Shown one piece after another: positions 54,527 to 64,000 of a stretch of DNA of 64,000 bases (its first letter is position 1; each line of letters starts with the position of its first letter). The translations under genes were made by a program, and so were the position numbers. Under the pieces are notes generated by a model. That model saw only the letters and a list, made by a program, of their open reading frames with translations. It was not told the origin of the DNA and ran no database searches. The DNA lies in the NCBI RefSeq assembly GCF_037042905.1, contig NC_087245.1:3970001-4034000 (forward strand), given 5' to 3'. Source of the DNA: Lytechinus pictus (Eukaryota).

Positions 54527-56968
54527 GTGAGTAATTTTTCATTACCTAACAATCCAGGTATAGTCAAATTCATTTTATACATGTATCCTCTCCTTCTGTA
54601 TTTTTTTAATGTTTCATATATTTTTTTCATTTCAATTGTGCTTTTCATCTTTTTTTTGTGGAGTGGGGGGGGGGGGAGGTTTGGATTTTGGATGGTACAA
54701 AATTTTTACTAATTTATGCCAAAAAAAATTTTGCTTTCATTTAGTCAACATCCTATTACCATTCTATTTTTCTTTTCTTTAGTTTCCATTTTCGTTTTCG
54801 TTTTCCCTGCCAGACCTTCCCATTTAAAGAAATGGATGATATTAAGGTTCATGAAATGCTAGGCATTATAATGTATGCCTATATGTAACTTTTATCAAGT
54901 TTGTTTTGTGTAAATTTTACTGGAGTGTATCGATGTGAAAACTGCCAACAAGACTAAATGAACAGAAAACATGGGCTATACTTCTGCACTTCCAAACCCA
55001 TGAACCGATGAGGTGCGGGTTCTAAGTTCCAAGAATTGAAAGCTTGGATGTTCGTGCTAAGCTGTAAACATTTAGTCTTGTCCACAGTCTTCACGATGAC
55101 GCACTACCTTTGATATTGACCTCCTTATAATAACCTCAATCTTGAGCTTTGGAGTCATGGGACTATAGTATCCTGTACTAACCACCCTCCCAGCTGACTT
55201 GATAGGAAATGAAAGGATGAGGAGAATAGAGGTAGTGAGAGGGGGGAGTGGGAGGGATAGAGAAAGGGAATGAGATCTGGATAGAGATGAAAAGAAAAGT
55301 TAAATTGCCAAAGAAAGAGATGGGGATGAAGAGGGAGGAAAAGAACAAGTATGTAAAGAGATCAAAAGGGGAGATTTAGTGGAAGCAATTACAAAAAGAG
55401 AAATACAAAGAAAACTGGTGGAGATAGAAAGAACGATGGGTGGGATTGAGAAAGGTAGATACTTTTTAATATGAAAAGAAAAGGGTATGGAGAGAATGAT
55501 AGAAAGCAAGAGAGAGAGATAGAGTATGAGAGAGATAACGAAGGGGAGGAAGAACCTACTTTTTATTGTAATTTCCTCCTGCCTTCTGCACATCCCCCAT
55601 AGAATCAGAGGCCCTTTGGGATATGGCTTTGGTAATATTTGGTTTGATTTGAGAATAAATTTTCAGGATAAGTTCATCCTGAGGGGAAAGGGGGTGCTTC
55701 TTGACTTAGTCTTGTCTTCCTTGTTTATTCAAACGTTTTCTTAAAATGCATCAAGATGAAAATCATTATCGTTTAAAAAACATTTGATATTACAATCTTT
55801 TTATCCTCACATGGCAGATAAGTGTAATGAGATAAGACGTTGGGGAAGAAATATCTCAGTTAAGATTCTCTTTGCTAATCATTTTTAAAAATTGAAGATC
55901 AATCATTTTGTTATGTTTTTTTAGCGTGTTCTGAAAATCAATAAAATTTGATACAATCACAAAATAAGAACCAAAAATGTATAGATATTAGCTGGATCAT
56001 GGACGTATTGGCTGGATCAATCTATTGATTACAAATTTATTTGTGTTGATAATGTGGGGCGGTCTCAATTTTTTCAAGTGCTTTGAAAAAAAAAGTTAGA
56101 GATGAAATGTCTGTTCCTTTAGACTATACAACTTCTCAACAGCAAGGTATATTTTGAAACTTTCACATAGGACATGGAAGGAGAAAGGAGGGGTAAAAGT
56201 TGGCATGAAATATATAGAAGAGGGATGTAACCTTAAAACTCCCTCCTTAAATGGGACAGAACCTGATTTAGATTAGGATAGCAAGAACCGTGTCACAATT
56301 ACCACAGTTTTATATGAGAGTGTCAAAAGAAATTGGACGAGTCATGGTGGAACAGAAAGAAAATTTTGCCAAGTATTAATATTACTTGATTTGATGTGCT
56401 TTGTGAACAAAATGGATGATTCCTCAGAAAGCAGTGAGAGGTGTCGGGAAGAGGTGCGACAAAAGGAAGGGGTGAGTCCGTGATTAGATTTTAATCATTG
56501 CAAGACAATTTTTGTTCTGATTTGCCCCTCGTTTGTTCAACAAAATAATTAGTCATTGTAGAGTAGAAACTGCTGCAAGGGATATAGTTTGATGACATAG
56601 TACCATAACTAAAAAGCCATGTATGCATTTTTAATGGTATGAATAAACAAAACCTTTGTTGTCAAGAGATAGGTACAAATCAAGAAGAGATCAATCTAGC
56701 ATAACTGAATTCTTTAAGTGATCCTAAGGACTGATCTAGGAGCTTTGTAAATTATTTCCACAAATGATGAATTTGAACAAAGTTCTGAGGTCCTAAGAGA
56801 CTTTATTTTAGGCAAGTGCTAAACTCATTTCTTTTTAATTTGTGAAGCACTGGCATTTTAGAATATTTGATCTTGTTTTTTTTTTTCTCTCTCTCTCTCT
56901 TTTTACTCTCCATGAAAAGGACAAGTAGGGTCCATTTGACCCTACCCCACCCAACCATAGAGTCTTAA

Positions 56969-57570
56969 AGGGCAAGTCCACCCCAACAAAAACTTAATTT
57001 GAATAAAAAGAGAAAAATCCAACAAGCATAACACTGAAAATTTCATCAAAATCGGATGTAAAATAAGAAAGTTATGACATTTTAAAGTTTCACTTCATTT
57101 CACAAAACAGTTATATGCACATCTCGGTTGGTATGCAAATGAGGGAACTGATGACATCACTCACTCACAATTTCTTTTGTATTTTATTATATGAAATATG
57201 AAATATTTTGATTTTCTCGTCATTGTCATGTGAAATGAAGTTTCATTCCTCCCTGAACACGTGGAATTCCATTATTTGAACATTTTGTGGTTCAGGCAAG
57301 GAGGTCCTAATTGTCAATTTCGTAAAAATTAAAATATTGCATAATTCAAACAATAAAAAACAAAAGAAATAGTGAGTGAGTGACATCATCAACTCTCTCA
57401 TTTGGGTGTAACTGACTCGTTCATATAACTATTTTGTGAAAATAAGCGAAACTTTGAAATGTCATAACTTTCTTATTTTACATCCGATTTTGATGAAATT
57501 TTCAGCATTGTGCTTGCCTGATTTTTCTCTATTGATTCTAATCAATATTTTTCTGAGGTGGACTTGACCT
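56969..57570. mobile_element. Kolobok-like MITE (602 bp), related to the 48045-48644 element
   Basis: TTAA|AGGGCAAGTCCACC ... GGTGGACTTGACCT|TTAA with long imperfect inverted arms. Shares ctgaaaatttcatcaaaatyggat and cttttgtattttattat blocks with the 48-kb element. Confidence 0.88.
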
Positions 57571-60202
57571 TTAAGCACTTCACACATTAATTTATATAAT
57601 TTGCAATACTTGAAATTGCTCACACCTGTAAGGGTTATGTCCTGTCTTGTAATGAAAATAATATTTTAAATAGTAATTTACTGTTCAAAATATGATCAGG
57701 ATTTCATCTCTTCATGAGCTCCTTTACAGGTACATATTAGAAATAGCCTTTGTTGTTCAGGGACATACTTCCCACCAAATTAGTTTTGACATCCATGACG
57801 TTAGTCACCATCTTCATATTCCCTTTGTCCCACATGTGTGATTTTATGTTGCATTTACGTGAGCAATGTGTTATTTGTTACCTTGATCAAGGCATTTTGA
57901 GTGCAAGAAAGGTGTAACATAGGTGGCAAGGGGGCCCCACTTGTTGCAAGAAAATGTGTGAGCTAACTGAAAAAAACTTTTATAGAAGCTTAAGTCGTTT
58001 TTTACATTGTCGGATCCTTGCAGAAGGTAGCAAGAGGGGAAAAATTGGGTTTAGCATCGTCATCAGTCTTCCTAAAGTGCACTTTTTCTTGTTTGTTAAT
58101 AGATTAGAATTTTCACTTTTTTTCGTAAAGTGGATATGAAGGAAGCATCTGTGCAGATATGAGTAGATACAGCTGTAGAGTGCATGTATGCCATGAAGAA
58201 TGGAGGAGTTAAAATGGAACATTAAATGGAATCGTTGCCCCAAAAAAGGGCAAAGACCGACACTTTCGATTATAAACCCCTAGTGGCCACTGCAGATTCC
58301 CAAAAGCCAGGCTTAACACACTGGCAGATTACAAATTCATGCCCTATTATCATTGTTCAGCTTGGCGAAGATTTTCACGCCAGGATCTCCACCCGAACAA
58401 ATGCCCAGCGCTGCAAGGAACGTTAATGGAGGGGGATTGTCGATCTCGAGTTTCGTCAAATTTCCTGGACGATGTCAGGAGGTGTCTGATTTCAGGACCA
58501 AGATCAAAAATTCAATCATCTTTCCTTTTCTTTTGAGAGTGTAAGTAGTTTGAAGACCACAGCAACACTCTTAGTGAGAGCCACCTTGGAGGGGGAAACG
58601 GTTTGGCTGGTCTGATTTTGCTTTTTATTAGGACAATTGTTGAAAAGTGGAAAGGAAAAGCGTTGTCACTGCCAGTGGCAATTGTTACACCATGGCACAA
58701 TTAGGTGTTAGAAAACTCTTCAAACAAGATACTCATTGATAATTTCAATTAAAACAAAAGGACTTGGGTCCAATAAAAACAAGCACAATCATATCCTGCT
58801 TCTGTCTATACTTTATAGTTCAATTTCTTGGCTTCCTTTAATCACTTATAAACTTCTATTTTTGTTACATTTTTGCAATTTCGTTCTTAGCAACTAGGTT
58901 TGAGGTAGTTTCTACTTAGCTCATATAGATAATGAATTTTCGAATTATCTACTCTATGGTGACATTGGGTGTTTGTAGATAGAATTGATTGATTATGACA
59001 TGCTCAGGGCAGTCACCCTACACGATGAATCAAATTTCATTACATTTCTGCATCTCATTGTATATAATAAAGCTCTGGAGCATTCACACCTCCTTCTTTC
59101 TTCAAAATTAATATCTTCTTAGTTAAATCTCTATAGTGGCTTATTTCTAGCATTTATTTTTAATGTTAAATCAGACCTGAATAAATTTATTCATTAAACA
59201 TTCTTATAAGGTTCATGGATATCTTGCCATTTTTTCTTCAAATTTTCGATATTTAAATTATAATCATATCAATTAGTATTGGGCTAGTACTTGCATCAGT
59301 CTTCATAACGTAATGGTACAGCTACCATGGAAAGTTTCCCAGCTATTAGATTAAGTGCAGTTATGTTTTTATATAAATTTATATGTATAATGTTAAACGT
59401 TCCCCTCTTGATAATTCATAGTGATGTGTGAAAGCCAACTGCCCCTCCAATTTTGATCCATCTATTAACCTAATCCAGGACAGATTGTTATTTTTAGATG
59501 AAGTAGTCAACACATTTTATGCCTCTCTGATTAATTTCACCCATCATAATCTATTCTGTACTGTGGTTAATGTTTGTGTCTTTTTTAATCTCGTGAAATT
59601 ATGCATACTTGCATGCATTTGAGTGACAGGTTATTTGATACGTTCTAATATTTGCCCCTCTCCCTTCTCATTTCTTTATGGAATCTAAAGATGAAAAATG
59701 TTTGCATTTTTTTAATTTTCTCTCAGTTTTCTTTAAATTTGTTTTCAAGTAAATTTATGCACATTTCATTTCTGTTAAACCAGATTACATCATTCTCATT
59801 ATATCATAGTGATGGCGAGGCTTAGAATAATAAGTCATGAAAATACGTATACTATTCTCTACTAAAAAAAAATGTAAATGATCATCATTCTCTCATTGAG
59901 TTTGTTGGTCTCTCTTCTGCTTTGCTCTAATAATGAAATGAAATACAATGTATAAATAAATGAAGGACTAATTGAATACAGTTTTATAACTTATTAATGA
60001 AGTATTACAAGATTTGAATGATCACAATTACACTGTTTATGTCTGGGTCTTGTCAAATTATTACTGAAGTGTTTCTCTAATTATTACCATACATTTCTAC
60101 TTTTGTCAGGGTGGTAAATTCCCTTTAACATCCCCTCCTGTTTACTTTAACCCTTTCGAAGGTCTTTGCTTTTTACCAATTTCATTTATTGAAATACAAG
60201 CT

Positions 60203-60335
60203 GGGTAGGATTTCGTGAAAAGTTCTTGTAATTTTCATAAGTAGATATATAAGCTAGTGCAAATTTTAGCTTTTGATTGGTCGAGAGCAAATTAGTCGCT
60301 GAAAATCAGTGACAAAACTTTCATGAAACACCCCC
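60203..60335. mobile_element. Degenerate short MITE
   Basis: gggtaggatttcgtgaaaagtt ... aactttcatgaaacacccc imperfect TIRs, about 130 bp. Confidence 0.4.
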
Positions 60336-62487
60336 TCTTCCAGGTTCTTCTATTCTTGGCTATCTTCAATCTCTTTGTTTGCCGAGCCCGCGACACATGA
60401 TGCCGTTTTCATTCATGCTCTCATCATGTGAATGTAGAGGTGTCATCTACACATGATTGCCTCAGGAAAAACACAAACAATAACAAGTGCAATTGATTTT
60501 ATCCTGTCCAAAATTAGGAGGAAATTTCCCCAAAGTGATGCAATCAGAGAGCCTTAATTGTCAGCTGCAGAAAAAAGAGAAACCATGGAATGTAATAATA
60601 GGCCCAAATCAGCATAACGAACGAGGAGGGTTAAAAATTAGTTCCTAAATATGAAATTACGAACAAGCTGTTATCTGAAATAAAATCAATCGTGTCATGA
60701 TTGGAAGCCGGGGAAGCTGATGAGCGCCTAGGAATCCCGGAGGGCTTACTGTCAAGGCGAAAACTCTCAAGACAAACAATACAATGATATCAAGGACACA
60801 TTAGATGAATTTTAGCTCTTGAAAATATTAAATTACAAAGTTTTCACGAAAATAGAGGGAGGAGAGATTCATGTAACGCCATCATAGTAGGGTTTGTCAG
60901 CTATGTTTGCAGCCAATTTCAGATTCAGTATTGGATTTCTCTCTGGTAATCACAATGATTCGGTTATATGATTGATATTGAGGTAACATGATTTTAAGAA
61001 GTTTCCACATTCTGATATTGGATATTTCTTTATTCCAAACAGAAGAGAAAAAAAAATAGTGGTATTGAATTGAAGAAAGATAGTTGTTAATCTAAAAAAA
61101 TATTGCTAAAGTAACATACATTTAGAGCAAATTGAGTTAAGGAATTGATGAAATGTATTATTTGTGATTTTTTTTTTGCATTAGTAGAGAATTCTTGTAG
61201 GGTTCAACAGTTCCCAAACCAAGTTCTGAAGCAAGATAGAAAGATCTGAATTCACTATGTCATCTTGCCATGCTATTAGAGAAAAAAAAGGAAGAGAAAA
61301 TTAGGAAAGAAAGGAGAGGACAAGGAAAGAATATGATAAAGATGTTGCCTATTTTCCTTGGGATATCCCAATGCAGTGACTCACATCAACCTATCCTACG
61401 CTTCCCTCAATTACTGGGCAGAGGCTCAGTAGTGCCCCCCCGGCCATGAATTATCAATAGATGAAATGAAATGTTAACCTCATCGGCGGAGCTGGGTGTG
61501 AAATACATTTCAGCTAAGAGGCCTCTTGATTTGTCCCGTAATGAGCACCTCTTACATCTAGTGTGATTTTTATTGCTTGATTAGTAAGATAAACTAAAGA
61601 AATAGTCAAGTATTTGTTGTTATTATGGAGGGCATCACCCTGTGAGGGGTCATCATGGTAACTGTTTAAGGTAGGAAAACTAATGCTTGGAGTGAGGTGC
61701 AAACCAAGTTCACTCACCATTCTTCATTCGGGATGGAAGTTATGCTCACCAGCAGAAACTGAAAAGTATGAATCTCTTGTCCCCTGGAGGACTAACTATT
61801 TTCTTCTCATGTTTCCAGTCTGTAACACCTTAGATCATGCCCTTTCCATCTTATCATCCGTTGGATGGGGCTGTCATCTTTTGTTTTTTAGCAGCATTTT
61901 GATTGGATGGGGCATTTGGAAGGAACAGGGGAAGTCATTTGATTGGTTTGCACTAGGCATGGTACTCTAGGTTAAAAGTTCATGAGCAACAAGACAATCG
62001 TTTGTGTGCCGTGGTGATGTGGTTCTTTTCAATGAATGGTACCAAAGACAATAATTTTTATTTGTAAAATAATTTGTGAACAGTATTGATCTGTGTTCTG
62101 GAGCAAGTTTTATGATTTATTTGAAAGGATTTGTCCTCATCATGAAATATGTGAGTATCCCATTTTAATAGCAGGCTATACTGAGTTTATTCCCCTACTA
62201 CTCTTGCCTACCTTTCTTTCACCCTCCACCCAAACTTTCTCTCCCTTTATGATATAAAATTTCAATCCATGAGGACCTTTGAAGGGTTTCTTTTTATTAA
62301 TGATGTACCATATCATGGTTAACCATTATCTTCATCTAGCTCTCTACTTACCTTTGTTTGTTCCTTTTGTGTGTGTTAAAAAAAAAAGGTTTAACAAAAA
62401 CATGCAAACTAAATTGGTTTATGATCCAAGTTCCAGAACTATGAACTTAAGAATGTAAAAACAATGTCTTCTCATTAAAGCTTAAAT

Positions 62488-62636
62488 CCTGTTGCATAAA
62501 ACTTTTTACCTAAGAAAACTCAGGTATTTTTTACCTGAGTTTTTGCCCTGTGTTAAAGTCAATGGCAGAAATCAGACTAACCTTAGTTTTCAGATTTTAC
62601 CGGAGTTTTCTCAGGTAAAAAGTTTTATGCAACAGG
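62488..62636. mobile_element. Short MITE (about 150 bp) just upstream of the 62739 exon
   Basis: 34-bp inverted repeat with one mismatch: cctgttgcataaaactttttacctaagaaaactc / gagttttctcaggtaaaaagttttatgcaacagg. A related terminus, gggtcctgttgcataaaa, occurs at about 33351. Confidence 0.8.
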
Positions 62637-62738
62637 CTGCAGGTACATGTATGCTTACATAGGCCTAACTATATTTTGTCCTCTGAGGAAGCGTAGTTAA
62701 ACATAAAGTGAAGTTGTTTTCCTTTCTTCTTTCTGCAG

Positions 62739-62936
62739 AAAGAGACGACGATGCGGGAGCTGATGCAAGAGCGTGAGGCCCGTAGTTCTCTGGAGAAGCA
62801 ACTAGAGGGTGCTGTAGCAGAGAATAAGTCGTGCAATGCTCAGCTGGAAGCATTACAAGAAGAGATCATAAGGCTGAGGAGTGCAAGTAGTGTGAACTCA
62901 CTTTGTGATAATGCGGAGAGTTGTAAACGGTTACAG
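62739..62936 (+). CDS. NCKAP5: Next coding exon (about 198 nt) of the NCKAP5-like gene, coiled-coil
   Basis: Strong acceptor ttttcctttcttctttctgcAG, and phase-0 entry matching the previous exon's exit. Reads KETTMRELMQEREARSSLEKQLEGAVAENKSCNAQLEALQEEIIRLRSASSVNSLCDNAESCKRLQ. The first 45 aa align without gaps to the recalled human HEKLIHELEEERHLRLQSEKRLQEVTLESERNRIQMRSLQQQFSR. The donor CAG|GTAATA at 62936/7 is the best candidate, so the 3' end is less certain than the 5' end. Confidence 0.85.
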
Positions 62937-63035
62937 GTAATAATGATTTTAGAAATGATTGGTGTTCCCTTTTCTGTCATCTTATTGCTGATGTAGTTCT
63001 CTGTAGTTAAACGAAAGCTTTTATTAGTATAAAAA

Positions 63036-63245
63036 TTAAGTCCACCCCAAAAGAATTGATTTGGATAAAAAGAGAAAATTCAACTAACATATTGCCAAAA
63101 ATTTGAATAAAAAATGAATATAAAATAAAAAAGTTGTGACATTTCAAAGGTTTTGATTATTTTCACAAAACATTTACCTTCTCTACCTGATGATATGCCA
63201 TGATGTCAAAGTTTCAATATTTATTTTGTATTTTATTGTAAGAAT
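63036..63245 (+). mobile_element. Decayed copy of the 56969-57570 Kolobok-like MITE family (left arm)
   Basis: aagtccaccccaaaagaattgatttggataaaaagagaaaattcaac...aaagttgtgacattt...ttttgtattttatt is colinear with the left arm at 56974 onward. The right end is not resolved. Confidence 0.7.
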
Positions 63246-64000
63246 TGTAGGGTTTTTGCAGATATGTTTTTAAGGAACCCTTTGATCGAATCACAAAAGG
63301 TTGCCACATATTCAGAGAAGAATTTTAAACTTCTGGTTTCAAATTTTAATGAGGAAAAATGTGCAATTTTACCATGATTGCAAAATCTCGATGAAACAGG
63401 CCCAATAAATATTGTTTGATCATCATTCATTAAGTATGTGATATTTTTTCTTGGTTTGATCCAGGATCAAGTTGGGGGCAGATACTGTCCTATATAACCC
63501 AAACACATATCTAAAGACTCTTGGATTCAGCACTTAAGTTTCAGACCTGCTAAAAGTGCTTAAGCTCTGTCTTAATGAATTCACACATCGTGTTCTTTTG
63601 TTTCCATGACAACAGAATGGGTTATCATCAACTGACACTGGTCTTAGTGATGTGGAGAGAGAAAACTGTAATGTAGTGGTATCCAACAAGCAACTTGAAT
63701 TAAAGGTAAAAATGATTGGACTCGATCTTACTTGTGGGTTATCAGTACTTTACTCCATGGTCTGACGAAGCAAACTTAGGATCATTTGTGAGGATTATCA
63801 ACTCTCTGTCATACAGACAATCTAGATCTCCATGGGTGGACCTATGTGGAGCTTAACAAGTTTATTGTAACAGTAGGCTCTCAAACAATCATTGCATTTA
63901 GAACTTTTGTGAGTTGCCATTTGGCATTGATGACAAGTGTGATGAGACTTGACGCGGGGGGGGGGGGGGACGTTTCAAAAAGTAAAGAGTGACTTTAAGA

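Noticed and set aside
58353..58544. Possible extra coding exon between the two NCKAP5-like exons
   Set aside because: The two called exons already join in frame and align without a gap to the recalled homolog, and the acceptor here is weak.

Overview
AT-rich, CpG-depleted eukaryotic (metazoan) DNA. The repeat landscape suggests an invertebrate deuterostome such as a sea urchin; this is an inference. Almost the whole window appears to be intronic sequence of one large + strand gene. Two coding exons (54463-54526 and 62739-62936) splice in frame and translate to a coiled-coil segment that I recognise from memory as the N-terminal region of NCKAP5 (Nck-associated protein 5). I found no upstream coding exon, so the preceding intron is probably longer than 54 kb. 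The introns carry many non-autonomous DNA transposons: TTAA-flanked Kolobok-like elements, Harbinger-like elements with 3-bp target site duplications (TSDs), and small MITEs, plus SINE/LINE remnants and microsatellites. The most notable observations are: (1) a candidate recursive splice site with a 41-nt stop-containing 'RS-exon' at 30083; (2) two inverted copies of one ~0.9-kb MITE in near-identical target sites 271 bp apart, predicting a long intronic dsRNA hairpin; (3) a nested Kolobok-in-Harbinger insertion; (4) an exact 83-bp tandem duplication with an inverted templated insert at the junction; (5) perfect CRE motifs that I saw only inside transposons. Nearly all ORFs in the supplied track look spurious. 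There is no sign of prokaryotic genes or CRISPR arrays.
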